A DNA stretch of 62,621 nucleotides, counting the filler, from Anaerolineae bacterium (lineage in GTDB: Bacteria; Chloroflexota; Anaerolineae; Epilineales; Epilineaceae), in the NCBI GenBank assembly GCA_029262755.1. It is 6 parts of 6 records of this genome, joined end to end, with 100 filler letters (N's around TTAATTAATTAA, not from the genome) between each part and the next. Parts side by side here need not be neighbours in the genome. Positions count along the whole stretch, not along the records: positions 27,373 to 43,093 come from JAJCYU010000255.1; 5 more parts are not named here. One strand, 5' to 3'. The translations under genes were made by a program, and so were the position numbers. Under the pieces are notes generated by a model, which searched no databases, was not told the origin of the DNA, and saw only the letters and a list, made by a program, of their open reading frames with translations. Positions 32,001-41,385 of this stretch are shown here, one piece after another. Positions within the stretch are counted from its first letter, which is position 1, and each line of letters begins with the position of its first letter.

Positions 32001-34140
32001 CGTTGCTCAGGCCGCCGCCGGTCGAGGCCGAGGTGTAGGCGATCACCTGGTTGTCCTGGTCCACGAAGGCCGCGCCGCCGCCGTAGGTCCCCAGCCACGC
32101 ACCGTCGGCCACGGGGACGATGGCGCGAACGTCGTCGCTGACCAGGCCCTCGGAAGGATCGGCGGCCGCCAGGCGCACGTTGACGGTCTCGCTCATCGCG
32201 CGCCGGGCGCGCAGGGCTTCGCCCGTGGCGCGGTCGACCATGACCGCGGGGATCGTGATGCCGCGGTCGTTGCCCTCCATGCGGATCGGCTCGTGGCCCG
32301 CACCGGCGTAGACGACCACGCCGATAGCGCCGTTGCGCTCCGCGGTCTCCAGGTTGTCCGAGGACCAGCAGTGGCCTTGCTCGACGAGCGCGATCTTGCC
32401 CCGCACGTCTTCTTCGGGTACCTCGACGGTGTGGAAGCAGGCGAAGCCGTGCACCGCGAGCTCGCCCGAGAGCCCCTCCGTGCCGAAGGAAGCCAGCGGC
32501 TTGCCGATCATGCCCTCCAGGCCTGCGTGATCGGTCGCATCGTCGACGCGGACCGTCGCTGCGGGCGCGCGGAGCGAGGGTAGCCAGTTGCCGTCGGCCA
32601 GGATACGGCTGAGGCCCTTCCAGGTGCCGAACCACTTGGTGCCCTCCGCGTCGATGGCAAGGGAGAGCACGAGATTGTCTGCTAGACCGTCCTCGTCGGG
32701 ACGTGCCTGCGTGTAGTGGATCTGGGTGCCGTCGGGCTGAAGCCCGATCACGCCGCCGCCGCGGTAGAACTGAGAAGCAGCGAAGGTCGGATCGTAGAGG
32801 CCGGTCGCCAGCCAGGCGGTGCCCGCGTCGTCGATGGCCATGTCATTGACCCAGTTGGAGAAGCGGCCGGACGTGGCGAAGATTCGGTCCACGTCGCCGG
32901 CGGCCGCCTCGAAGCGCGCGACGCCCTCGCGCGTGCCGAACCAGGCGTGTCGCCGCAGGCCGTCCAGGGCCAGCGCGCTGACGCTATTGCTCGGCAGCTC
33001 CGCGTCCCGGGCCAGTTGGCTCCACCGCCCGTCCGTCCGGCGGTGGCTGATGCCCGCGGCGGTTCCGAAGTAGAGATCGCCTTCCGGTCCGATCTCGATG
33101 GCCGCCACGCGATCGTCCGCCAGGCCCTGGTCGGCGGTTAGGTGCGAAACGGCGCGGCCGACGGCGATGTCGATCCAGCTCGCGCCGCCTTCGCTTGCGA
33201 TCCACAGGAGGCCGTCGTCCGTGACTTGCAGGTCGTGGATGAACTCGGAGAGCAGATCTCCCTTGGGATCCCAGACGTTCCACTGCCCTGCCGGCGTCAT
33301 ACGGCTGAGGCTCCCGTCCAAGTAGGTCTGGATTTCAGAGTCCCAACGCCCGGCCGAGGCTACCCATAGATCGCCGCTGTTCGGATCGACCGCGATCGCG
33401 GGGATGTTGTCCGAGACGAGCGTGTGCCCGTCTGCTTCGAGGGTGTCGGTCTCGTAGGTGCGCCACGCGTCGCCCAGCTCCGTGCTGCGCCAATGTGCCA
33501 GGCCGCCGTTCCACGTACCGATCCATCGTTCCCCGTCGCCCACATGCAGGCTCTGCACGTGGTTGCTCGGCAGCCGGCGTTCGGTGGATTCCTGCGTGTA
33601 GCGCTGCCACACGCCATCGGGCGTGCGCACGTTCAGGCCGCCCCACGTGCCGATCCAGAGAGCGCCGTCGGGGGCCACCTCGAGCACGCGCACGTCTTCG
33701 TGGACCAACTCGGCGCCACGTCGGATGGTCGTCCAATTGCCGCCCGCGTCGAGCCGGGTGAGGCCGGCGGCGGTGCCGAACCACACGTCGTCGCCGGCGA
33801 TGGCGATGGCCCGTACGTCGTTGGAGGCCAGACCGTCGAGCGTGGTGTAGTGCGATGCGGTGTGGCGTACGAGATCCCACAGCACGACCCCGCCGGCGGA
33901 GGCCGTCCACATCTGGTCGGCCTCCGCATCGAGGGCCATGGCGGTGATGCGGTTGGTGTTGGCCAGATAGGTCCACGTCGCTTCCGCTTCGTTGACGGGG
34001 ACTTCTTGCGCTGCGAGCGATGTCGGACGGGGTGCATCCGTCGTGAGCGTGGGGCTAAGTGGTGGCCACACGAGCCCCCAAACGGTCAGCCATAGGGCGG
34101 AGAGGAGGATGCGGAGTGTGCGATGGGATCGGCGTTGCAT
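29047..34140 (-). CDS. Giant secreted protein: two-component-regulator-type beta-propeller repeats, inserted PA domain, peptidase C25 (gingipain, clan CD)-like domain, C-terminal beta domain
   Basis: GGAGG 8 nt before ATG 34140; signal peptide; repeated GLxxNxVxxIxxxxDGxxWxGTxxG; PA-like GKIALVEQGHC...GAIGVVVY...ITIPAVMV; C25-like YIVLVGDDRVIP, LSDDFYA, LAIGRL, VHANH, SLSCHGG, LYGLP. Confidence 0.8.
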   Translation of the reverse strand: MQRRSHRTLRILLSALWLTVWGLVWPPLSPTLTTDAPRPTSLAAQEVPVNEAEATWTYLANTNRITAMALDAEADQMWTASAGGVVLWDLVRHTASHYTTLDGLASNDVRAIAIAGDDVWFGTAAGLTRLDAGGNWTTIRRGAELVHEDVRVLEVAPDGALWIGTWGGLNVRTPDGVWQRYTQESTERRLPSNHVQSLHVGDGERWIGTWNGGLAHWRSTELGDAWRTYETDTLEADGHTLVSDNIPAIAVDPNSGDLWVASAGRWDSEIQTYLDGSLSRMTPAGQWNVWDPKGDLLSEFIHDLQVTDDGLLWIASEGGASWIDIAVGRAVSHLTADQGLADDRVAAIEIGPEGDLYFGTAAGISHRRTDGRWSQLARDAELPSNSVSALALDGLRRHAWFGTREGVARFEAAAGDVDRIFATSGRFSNWVNDMAIDDAGTAWLATGLYDPTFAASQFYRGGGVIGLQPDGTQIHYTQARPDEDGLADNLVLSLAIDAEGTKWFGTWKGLSRILADGNWLPSLRAPAATVRVDDATDHAGLEGMIGKPLASFGTEGLSGELAVHGFACFHTVEVPEEDVRGKIALVEQGHCWSSDNLETAERNGAIGVVVYAGAGHEPIRMEGNDRGITIPAVMVDRATGEALRARRAMSETVNVRLAAADPSEGLVSDDVRAIVPVADGAWLGTYGGGAAFVDQDNQVIAYTSASTGGGLSNDRVLSIAEAPDGTMWFGTDGGGISRRTPAGLWLDPITQASTDWALLGDRISALAFDEDDTTWIGVSGREDPDPDTELWLRGGLNQIDAAGAWSHLRSEDGLPDDNVLAIATGTDGQVLVGTHGGAYMRVREFNGRCDRALALPSETNLSAHLRHVEDVHYYRFEVAEPHSHILVSVSDDENALQVRLFRSCSTIDSDSGRKIASGVWDPEFSEQRIEHDTGSDTGTFYIEVRQKVRAVAGDRQYSLNLDVTAVDANSVRSLILTNLSQLQSYAGPLDPPDRLASALSSLAADPRVRGRLVTDLQDAVGGDYQLWVQGPGDPALANAAALALRNWIAAQRAALPELHYIVLVGDDRVIPHFRQHVPAPGDTEWAKEADYLKGGTAGAIRPNSALHQALAVNLTLSDDFYAAEVADHWGNEQEIFIPQLAIGRLVERPDDIARLIETFLASEGPKPIRQSLAAGWDFMQDGPTEGARLLEEAGHLGRVRRLLGDAWSADNLREELGGQPIDLAFLGVHANHFAYEGPSGALRAQTLADAPPDMAGAIAYSLSCHGGLNVPGTDMRPEGEPVDLPEAWQSAGAHYISSTGWAYGMQGALGYQEALMVDFTAALVEGQSTAIGDALMRTKQEYFTAHEMNAYHVKTLVGTVLYGLPMASYRLERGEHSVYLPIASVPRVGTSAAAIPLGRDGGAAPRSIGAEAATHRAVEHPVAARNARPEYLLPASTDIQMLQFPKGDVLRQTLVSEQLRALLERHDSQEGSHYAFRGQRPMAENGRAVQPMLRQNLGVSAGREHWPARGVMLKAAAYATETLDTPVVARAGILDPTARRTVQNEPHAAPEAWLPERLLSLRRMEHQDAGDPTLLLYLGQYHGGTRIQRLYDQIEVQVFYSDHEDRRPPTIEEVTVIDGPAGRELQARVADVSGIPAVSATCDDGRGYWTSEPLVEEPETGVWRGTVAADAACLVQAADGAGNVAVDDKDGALHGSE

Positions 34141-34207
34141 GGTCATGTCCTCCAAATGATGCAGGTGGGGCGGCGTGCCGGAGCCGCCCGCGTTGAGTGG
34201 GCGGGAA

Positions 34208-37200
34208 TCAGTCCATGGCATCGGCTACGGCGTCGCGCCACGGCCAGGCTGCGCCGCGACGTTGGGCATGCGCATGTGCGGTCTCGCCGAGCGCGTCGCG
34301 GTGCGCGGCGTCGAGCGCGGCGTGTTCGTCCGCGGCTTTGGCCAGCAAGGGCGCGCCGATCTCCTCGCGTAGTCGTTCGGCCGCCGCCAGAAGGCGGCAG
34401 GAGCGACGCGTACGGTCCGTCGCGTGGTCGAGAACGGCGCGCGCCTCGAGCCACTCTGCGATCTTCTGCAGGTCCTCCAGCTCCAGCAGTTCGCGAATAG
34501 CGCGCCGGAAGAAGTCCCGCGCCTGATCGAAGGCGCCCTCGCGTACGGCGAGCTTGGCCAGCGCGCTCTGCGCCGCCGCGATGCCGGCTCGGTCGCCGAG
34601 CGCCTCCACGATCTCCAGGCTCTCCAGGTAGTGGCCGCGCGCGATGTCCAGCTCGCCGGCGTCGAAGGCGGCGTTGCCCTGGTTGAGCAGCACGATGCCG
34701 ACCGCCCAGTGCTCGTCCAGGCGGCGGAAGCGCAGCAGGCTTTCCTCGAGCAGGGTCGTGGCCTCGGCGACGTGACCTTGGTTGAGCTCGAGCAGCCCGA
34801 GGTTGTTCAGCAACGCCGCTTCGCCCCATGCGTCGTCGCGTTCGCGGCAGATCGAAAGGGCGCGGCGGTAGAGCTGCTCGGCTTCGAACGTGCGCCCTTC
34901 TTCGTCCGCCAGGTGGCCCAAGAGGCGCAGCAGGCGCGCTTCGGCCGCCCGGTCATCCTCGCCGCGTGCGAGCGCGAGGCCGGCCTCCAGGCGGCGGCGT
35001 GCGCTCGCGTAGTCGCTCTGCCGGCGCGCCAGGTGGCCGGCGCCCTCCAGCGCGGCGAGCCGTAGCGCAACGTCCTGGTCCTGGCCGGAGTCCGAGGCGC
35101 GATCGGCCTCGTCCAGCAGTCCCTCCAGTAACCGTCGTCCCTCCGTCAGCGCGCCCTTGATCGACCAGTAGTGGCGCAGCGCCGCCGCCAGCGAGAGGGC
35201 CTCCGGCACGCGGTCGTGGCGGCGGAATGCGTCGATGGCGGCAAGCAGGTTCTCGCGTTCGCGGTCCAGGCGCCGCACCCAATCGGATTGCCGCGCATCG
35301 GACAGCGCGTCCCCCGCGCGCCGTGCCAGGTCGCGGTAGTGGCGCGCGTGCCGCAGCTCCAGCTCCGCCTGCGGGCCTTCGCCGTGGGCGCGCGACCGTC
35401 GGCGGCCGTCGCTGCGCAGGGCGTGCAGCATCCGGTAGCGCAGGTCCGGGCCGTCCGGCTCGGGGGGCAGCAAGAGCGATTGTTCAACGAGGCCGGAGAG
35501 CAGATCGAGCATCTCCAAGCGATCGACCACCGGCCGGCCCGGGCCATGGCGTCCCGCGCAGACAGCCTCCGCGGCCTCCAGGGTGAAGCCGCCGGCGAAG
35601 ACCGAGAGGCTCTCGAAGACCGCTTGCTCGCGTTGCGAGAGCAGGCGGTAGCTCCAGTCGATCGACGCGCCGATCGAGCGATGGCGCTCGGGCAGGCCCC
35701 TTGCGCCGCCGCGCACCACCGCCGGCCGGGCGTCGATCAGCTCGGCCAGCGTGGGCAGCGGTATGCTGCCGGCACGCGCCGCGGCGAGCTCGAGGGCGAG
35801 CGGCAGCCCGTCGAGGCGCTCGCAGATGCGCCGCACGGCCTCGCTATCGGCCATGCCGGGACGGAAGCCGGGGCGCCGGGCTTGGAGGCGGTCGATCAGG
35901 AGCTGCTCGGAGTCCGAGACCGGGGCGCCGTGCGTCGCGGAGCGGGGATCCGCCGGCCGACCGAGGGGCTCGACGCGCCAACGCGACTCGCCTGCCACCT
36001 CCAGCGCCACGCGGCTCGTGGCCAGGATCGTCAGGTCGGGGCAGGCGTCCAGCAGGCGGTCCGCTAGATCGGCGGCCGCGTCGAGCAGGTGCTCGCAGTT
36101 GTCGAAGATCAGCAGCGTACGGCGCGGCCGGAGACGGCGCGCGATGCGCTCGGCGAGCGCTTCGCCGGCGCCTTCCGTGATCTCAAGCAGAGCGGCCAGC
36201 GCGGGCGGAACGGACTCCTCGTCCTGGAGTCCCGCGAGCTCCAAGAGCCATACGCCGTCCGGCCAGGTCGCGTGGAGGCGGCGCGCTGCTTCCACCGCCA
36301 GCCGGGTCTTGCCCACGCCGCCCGGGCCCACGAGCGTCACCAGACGCGAGCGCTCCAACATCCGGCCGATCCGCGCCAGGTCGTCGCCGCGACCCACGAA
36401 CAGGTCGCGGCGCGCCGGCAGGTTGCCCTGTGGCTGCGCCGCCGCCTCGGCCGCCGCGTCCGCCGCTGCCTTCGCTTGTCCGTGTGCTTGTACCGGTTCC
36501 CTGCTCGGAGCGGGCTGCGCGGCGTGCTCGGCCTCGCGGCGGCGCAGCTCCATGGCCAGCGCATGCAGCCCGCTCTTCAGGCGACGGCCCAAGGTGCTGC
36601 GCCCGACGGACAGCAGCTCCGGCATCTCCTGCATGCGCACATCGGCTGCGCCGACGAAGCGTGCGTACAGCACGGCCCAGGCCTCGCGCTCACGGTGTCC
36701 GGCCGCGAAATCCGCCCGAAGGAGGCGCAGGGCCTCCTCGCGGCCGGCGCCGCCCGGCGCGGATTTCGCCGACCGCGCGGATGGCGCCGTCGCACCGCGC
36801 AGCGCGAACAAGCGCTCGCGGATCAGATCGTGGAGGAGTTCGGCCAGCGCCTCGCTCCGGTGTTCCGGCGTGGGACCAAGGCCGCGGGCCGTTTGCCGGG
36901 CGCGTACGAGGCCGAGATCGAGAAGGTCCTCGTCCTCCACCGGTGCGCCGCGGCGGATGGAGGCAAGCGCCTGGCGCAAGCGCTGCGGCGTGAGCGCCCC
37001 GATGTGGGCCAGAACGGACACCGTCTGCGCCAGGGTCTCGCCGACCTCGGTGCTGCGCAGGGGGTGGGGCGCGTCCCGTAGATCCGGGCCGGGCGTGGCC
37101 TGCCCGGGCGCCACAAGCTGGTAGATGTGCTCGCTGAAGCGCAGATCACGCAGGCGGTGCTCCCCCAGATCGCGTAGCTGGGCGCCTTCCGGCAACTGCT

Positions 37201-38278
37201 CGCGTACGAGACGCTCGGTGGCGGCAGAGAGCAGGATATGCCCGCCCGCGGCCACGGACTCGATGCGCGCGACCCGGTTGACCGGCGCACCGAAGTAGTC
37301 GCCTTCGCGCACGCGGCACTCGCCTGTATGGACGGCCATGCGGACTTGGACTTGCGGGAAGCCGGCGCCATAGGTGGACCAGTCCTCGTCGGCGAGCGCG
37401 CGCTGCGCGTCGGCGGCGGCCGCGAGAGCGCCGGTGGCCGTACGGAAGGACGCGCGCACCGCGTCGCCCACGGTCTTGAACACGTAGCCGGCGTTTGATC
37501 CGATCGCGGCTTGCAGAAGGGCGTTGAGACGGGCCAAGGCATCGCGCATCCCGGTGGGGTGCGTCTCCCAGAGGGCCGTGCTGCCTTCGATATCGGTGAA
37601 GAGGAAGGTGACGGTGCCCGACGGCGGGCCGATGACCCGAACGGCGTGGGCGGCGCGGGCCCGGGCGGCGTCGTCGAGCATGTCGTCTTCGATCGACTCG
37701 GCCAGCACCACGAGCGCGCGGCCGATGCCATCGGCCAGCTGCGGCAGGGCCACCTCAAAGGGTTGGCCCCGGAAGTCGACGTATTGCAGCCGGCCGAGCT
37801 GGAAGTGCACGTCGGTCGGCTCGTGCAGCACCGGCAGCACGGGCTTGCCGCGATCCAGCGCGTACTGCCACTCGTCCGCCACGTTGGTGGAGGCCATCGA
37901 GGTCGGGGACAGGATGAGCACGAGCACGTCCACGCTATCGAGCGCGTCTTGGATCGCCCGGCTCCAGCGCACGCCGGCGGCGATGCCCTCGCGATCGATC
38001 CACGGCTCGATGCCGAGGCCGGGTAGCGCATCGGCCAACCGGGCCGCGAACGCCGCGTCCGCGTGGCTGTAGCTGATAAACGCGCGGGGCGGCAGCGGCG
38101 ATGTGGTAGCCGCGGAACGCGTGATCGGCGTCGCGCCACGATCCGTGCGGCCACGAGCATCGCGCGCGGAGGCGGCCGAATCCTGGTGCCGGCTCTCAGC
38201 AACGGATCGGTCGTGCGGTCGCGGTCGTTCGGCACTCGTCATACAAATCGCCCCAGTGGGCCATGCGCAGGAACGCAC
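34208..38278 (-). CDS. Multidomain STAND protein: TIR + class III nucleotide cyclase + uncharacterised HTH-containing domain + NB-ARC-type ATPase + TPR
   Basis: TIR AFISYSHAD...WIDREGI...ADEW; cyclase FLFTDIEGST, KTVGDA, RMAVHTG, VNRVAR; Walker A GPGGVGKT; Walker B LIFDNCEH; LDGLPLALELAAAR; TPR with LNNLG. The start may instead be ATG 38242. Confidence 0.92.
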   Translation of the reverse strand: MRSCAWPTGAICMTSAERPRPHDRSVAESRHQDSAASARDARGRTDRGATPITRSAATTSPLPPRAFISYSHADAAFAARLADALPGLGIEPWIDREGIAAGVRWSRAIQDALDSVDVLVLILSPTSMASTNVADEWQYALDRGKPVLPVLHEPTDVHFQLGRLQYVDFRGQPFEVALPQLADGIGRALVVLAESIEDDMLDDAARARAAHAVRVIGPPSGTVTFLFTDIEGSTALWETHPTGMRDALARLNALLQAAIGSNAGYVFKTVGDAVRASFRTATGALAAAADAQRALADEDWSTYGAGFPQVQVRMAVHTGECRVREGDYFGAPVNRVARIESVAAGGHILLSAATERLVREQLPEGAQLRDLGEHRLRDLRFSEHIYQLVAPGQATPGPDLRDAPHPLRSTEVGETLAQTVSVLAHIGALTPQRLRQALASIRRGAPVEDEDLLDLGLVRARQTARGLGPTPEHRSEALAELLHDLIRERLFALRGATAPSARSAKSAPGGAGREEALRLLRADFAAGHREREAWAVLYARFVGAADVRMQEMPELLSVGRSTLGRRLKSGLHALAMELRRREAEHAAQPAPSREPVQAHGQAKAAADAAAEAAAQPQGNLPARRDLFVGRGDDLARIGRMLERSRLVTLVGPGGVGKTRLAVEAARRLHATWPDGVWLLELAGLQDEESVPPALAALLEITEGAGEALAERIARRLRPRRTLLIFDNCEHLLDAAADLADRLLDACPDLTILATSRVALEVAGESRWRVEPLGRPADPRSATHGAPVSDSEQLLIDRLQARRPGFRPGMADSEAVRRICERLDGLPLALELAAARAGSIPLPTLAELIDARPAVVRGGARGLPERHRSIGASIDWSYRLLSQREQAVFESLSVFAGGFTLEAAEAVCAGRHGPGRPVVDRLEMLDLLSGLVEQSLLLPPEPDGPDLRYRMLHALRSDGRRRSRAHGEGPQAELELRHARHYRDLARRAGDALSDARQSDWVRRLDRERENLLAAIDAFRRHDRVPEALSLAAALRHYWSIKGALTEGRRLLEGLLDEADRASDSGQDQDVALRLAALEGAGHLARRQSDYASARRRLEAGLALARGEDDRAAEARLLRLLGHLADEEGRTFEAEQLYRRALSICRERDDAWGEAALLNNLGLLELNQGHVAEATTLLEESLLRFRRLDEHWAVGIVLLNQGNAAFDAGELDIARGHYLESLEIVEALGDRAGIAAAQSALAKLAVREGAFDQARDFFRRAIRELLELEDLQKIAEWLEARAVLDHATDRTRRSCRLLAAAERLREEIGAPLLAKAADEHAALDAAHRDALGETAHAHAQRRGAAWPWRDAVADAMD

Positions 38279-38393
38279 GGCGCCCTCGGCTCCAGCCTAC
38301 TCGGCCGGAAGCGAGGGCGCTGTGTCGTCGGTCACAGTGGGGGTGGGCAGTTCGCCGGGGTGCGGGCTCCCTTTGCCGTCGTTTGGACGGCCC

Positions 38394-39170
38394 CTACTCG
38401 CCACGCACCGTGCGCGGTAGGAAGATCGTGTCCTGCACGCGGAAGACGGGCCTGGTCGCGGTCGGGCTCGGCTCGGGCGGTGCGGCGGTCGGGGTGGGCT
38501 CGCCGGGGACCGGCGTGGTCGTCGCGATCGGGCCGGCCGGCTCGGCGAGCGGGCCCAAGAAGCCGGCGTGGAGGGTGAGGGGTCCGCTACTCATACGTCC
38601 GGTCGCCGGTTGTCCGATCGCCGCGGAGAGCTGGTAGCCCCCGCTCGCCGAACGCTGGCCTGCATGGAAGGTGGCGCGGAGGATTCGCATTCCGGCGCCC
38701 TGTCCGTGGGCCGAGTCCGGCCCGTGCAGAGCCGCCGGTGCCAGCGCGGCCGCAAGCGCGATCGCGATGGCGATCGCAATGACCGCCGTGGCTCGTAGCG
38801 CGGTGCGTGGGGTGCGCGCGGTGCGTGCAGAGCGGGGTGCGACGGGTGGGACGGGTGCGATGGGTGCGACGGGCGGGAAAGGTGCGACGGGTGGGTTGGT
38901 CACAACTGCTGCGGCCGGCGGGAGAGGCACGTTCAACGCGACGGGTGGGATCGACGTGACGGGTGGGATCGACGCGCTTGTTGAACCCGGCGCGACTGGT
39001 GGGATCGGCGCGACCGGCGGGATCGGCGCGACGGGCGAGTTTCGCGCGACTCGCGAGTTCGGCGCGACCGGCTGCTCCGCGTTATCGCGCCGCACGGTCG
39101 GCGTCCTTGGGGGTCCGTGCGGTGTCGCCTGTCGCGCTGTTGTGCGAGGTCGTGTCGTGCGATGCGGCAT
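38394..39170 (-). CDS. Small secreted or anchored protein with PPVAPI repeats, [13 protein letters not shown]...LHAGF domain, PT linker and C-terminal IFLP peptide
   Basis: Hydrophobic segment [16 protein letters not shown]; tail [10 protein letters not shown]...[12 protein letters not shown]. Start codon uncertain (ATG 39170 overlaps the upstream gene; later GTGs are possible). Confidence 0.65.
   Translation of the reverse strand: MPHRTTRPRTTARQATPHGPPRTPTVRRDNAEQPVAPNSRVARNSPVAPIPPVAPIPPVAPGSTSASIPPVTSIPPVALNVPLPPAAAVVTNPPVAPFPPVAPIAPVPPVAPRSARTARTPRTALRATAVIAIAIAIALAAALAPAALHGPDSAHGQGAGMRILRATFHAGQRSASGGYQLSAAIGQPATGRMSSGPLTLHAGFLGPLAEPAGPIATTTPVPGEPTPTAAPPEPSPTATRPVFRVQDTIFLPRTVRGE
38836..39072. 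repeat. Degenerate 18-bp tandem repeats (approx. GCGACGGGTGGGATCGRC) encoding PPVAPI-like hexapeptides
   Basis: Visible units such as gcgacgggtgggatcgac-gtgacgggtgggatcgac and gcgactggtgggatcggc-gcgaccggcgggatcggc. Confidence 0.8.
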
Positions 39171-41022
39171 CGGTTGTCGAATCGTCGGCGGTCGACCCAG
39201 TATGGTACGTCGTACCACCGGTCGCATACGGACCGTAACCGTTGCCGCTGCCGTTGCCGTCGCCGTGCGCGGGCTCCGCGACAGCGTCCGTCTCGAGCCA
39301 GCCCGCCGTCATCGCCTCCGCGTCGCGTTCCGCGTCGCTCGGTGCGAGGCCGATGGCCTCCGCGCCGTAGAGCGCGACGTCGACGTCCTTGAGCGGGGAT
39401 TGTCCGTAGACCTCGGGGTGGAGGTAGAAGCCCTGCTCGATGGTCGACTTCTTTTCTTCGACCGGGATGCGGTAGGTCTGCGCGTAGGGGTCTTGGCGGA
39501 TGCCGGTCACCTGCCAGCTCACACGCTGGCCGGGCACGCCGCCGGCGATACCGAAGCGGCCTCCTTCGACCTCTTGGTCGATGAACAGGCCCGGGGCGGC
39601 GGCGCCCATCGGTGTCAGCTGGTAGCGGTAGTCGCTGTTGAGCGTCTCGAACCAGTTTGCGAGTTCCACCTCGGCGGCGCCCTCATCGTCCAGCGTGACC
39701 ACGCCGTCGTAGATGTTCTTCATGTCCGGGCTCTCGACGAAGCTGTGGTAGAGGTATTGGTTGGCGGGATCGAGCGGATGGTCGATCTTGAAGCTGCCGC
39801 CGCCTTTGGAGATGTTGCCGTCGACACGCAGGTTGTTCTCGACCTTGACCCCGCCTTGGAAGAAGCCGGCGTAGCCCTTCGATTCGCCGTACACCCCGAA
39901 GCCGTTGCCGGCATGGATGCCGGAGACGCCGTGTCCGGAGATGCCCGTCGCGCTGTTCCTGCCATAGACTGCCGCTGAGCCGGACTTGCTGCTGTTGACG
40001 TTGGCGTAGACCGCGTAGTCGCCCGTGCCGCTGGCGTTGACGCCGATCGAGCCGCTTGCGAGCACGCCCGCGCCGGTCGCCGAATCGGCGTAGATCGCGA
40101 TGCCCCGCCCGTTGTGCGAGCCTCGGATCGCGGCGTTGGGCGTGCCGCTCGTGCCGGCGGAGAGGTTGGTCACGCGCAGCAACGTGCCGTTGTATGCGCC
40201 GCCGCCGTCGTGCGGGTATTGGAAAGCGCCTGCGGGACCTGGTTCGCCGGCGGGACCGCGGTCTCCTGGAGGACCTTGTTGGCCGGGCTGGCCGGGGGAG
40301 CCTGCCGATCCGGGAGGGCCGGGCACGCCAGATGGTCCCGGGTCACCCTGGGGTCCGGGTGCACCGTCCGCACCATCGGCACCGTCTGCGCCCGGCTCGC
40401 CCTGCTCACCGGGTTGGCCCGCGGGTCCGGCAGGCCCTTCCGGACCCTCCGGTCCCTGCGGTCCTTCGAGGCCGGCCGTGTCGCCGACCCAGTTGCCGTC
40501 GGCGTCGATCACCAACTCATCGCCGATGCTCAGGCTGCGGGGGGTGATGTCGCCCGTGGCGTTGTCGCTTTCGAGGGCGCGGTGCGCGAGGCGCGCGAAG
40601 GGCGCCGGCGTGATGGATTGGCGTGGAGCCAGGGTTTCGAAGCGGCCTACTCCGGCGGGGCAGCGGGCTTCGATCTCGAGGAAGCGGCCTCCCGCACCGT
40701 CGGTGTCGACGGCCAACGCCTCCGCACCGAAGTCGAGCTCCACCGCGAACACGCCGGCGTCGACGGGCGTGCGCTCGGCGTCGATCGTCGCGCCGATCAT
40801 GGCGCCGTCCTCGGCCGCGTCGAAGAGCGAGAGGCGGAGGTCGCAGGCGCCCTCTGCCGGCTGGTTGCCGACCATGAGCTGGCCTTGGTAGCTGAAGCTG
40901 GATCCGAGGATGCCCTGACCGGCCGGAGCCGCGCGGGCAACGTTGGGCGCCAGCGTGACTAGCAGCAATAGCGCCCATGCGAGGCGGTGAAAACTTCGAT
41001 TCCGAGCACGATTCTGGCGCAT
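39082..41022 (-). CDS. Secreted collagen-like fibre protein with tail-fibre-type C-terminal domain
   Basis: AGGAG before ATG 41022; signal peptide; FSYQGQL N-terminal domain; 28 Gly-X-Y triplets; Gly-rich beta-helix-like region (AVYG, GVSG, GVYG); [13 protein letters not shown]...YQLT C-terminal domain. Confidence 0.85.
   Translation of the reverse strand: MRQNRARNRSFHRLAWALLLLVTLAPNVARAAPAGQGILGSSFSYQGQLMVGNQPAEGACDLRLSLFDAAEDGAMIGATIDAERTPVDAGVFAVELDFGAEALAVDTDGAGGRFLEIEARCPAGVGRFETLAPRQSITPAPFARLAHRALESDNATGDITPRSLSIGDELVIDADGNWVGDTAGLEGPQGPEGPEGPAGPAGQPGEQGEPGADGADGADGAPGPQGDPGPSGVPGPPGSAGSPGQPGQQGPPGDRGPAGEPGPAGAFQYPHDGGGAYNGTLLRVTNLSAGTSGTPNAAIRGSHNGRGIAIYADSATGAGVLASGSIGVNASGTGDYAVYANVNSSKSGSAAVYGRNSATGISGHGVSGIHAGNGFGVYGESKGYAGFFQGGVKVENNLRVDGNISKGGGSFKIDHPLDPANQYLYHSFVESPDMKNIYDGVVTLDDEGAAEVELANWFETLNSDYRYQLTPMGAAAPGLFIDQEVEGGRFGIAGGVPGQRVSWQVTGIRQDPYAQTYRIPVEEKKSTIEQGFYLHPEVYGQSPLKDVDVALYGAEAIGLAPSDAERDAEAMTAGWLETDAVAEPAHGDGNGSGNGYGPYATGGTTYHTGSTADDSTTDAASHDTTSHNSATGDTARTPKDADRAAR
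40222..40473 (-). repeat. Collagen triple-helix repeat, 28 uninterrupted Gly-X-Y triplets
   Basis: [15 protein letters not shown]...GEP-GPA-GAF counted from the translation. Confidence 0.95.
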
Positions 41023-41385
41023 TGTTTCTCTCCTGGACATCATGGGCGGACGGGTCTTGCCGCACGGACGACGTCGGGTTCGACGGATGCGGCCCTTCGA
41101 TTCCAGGGTACGACAGGGGCATATGTCGGCGCTCGGCGTTCTGGCCTGGTTTTGGCCACATCGCGAACACGACGCGCCACGTCCACGTAGGCGGGCGGCA
41201 CATCGGTGCGTGTCGAAGGCGGTCCAGCCAGCGGGAAGGGCGGGGCAGGGCGATGTCATGGCCGGGGTCGTGCGATCGAACGCGAACCCCACCTTGACCA
41301 TTTCGTCCCGCGTGCTCGACCTCGAATGTTCTCGAATTCGCGCCCGGCCATCCGCGATCTTCGCACTCCACGCTCAGGGCAACGG

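Noticed and set aside
38836..39072. 18-bp repeats as CRISPR repeats or iterons
   Set aside because: In-frame, degenerate, peptide-coding repeats without spacers or a Rep gene.
39082..41022. Collagen/tail-fibre gene as evidence of a prophage
   Set aside because: It has a signal peptide, and no integrase, capsid, terminase or other tail genes are nearby.
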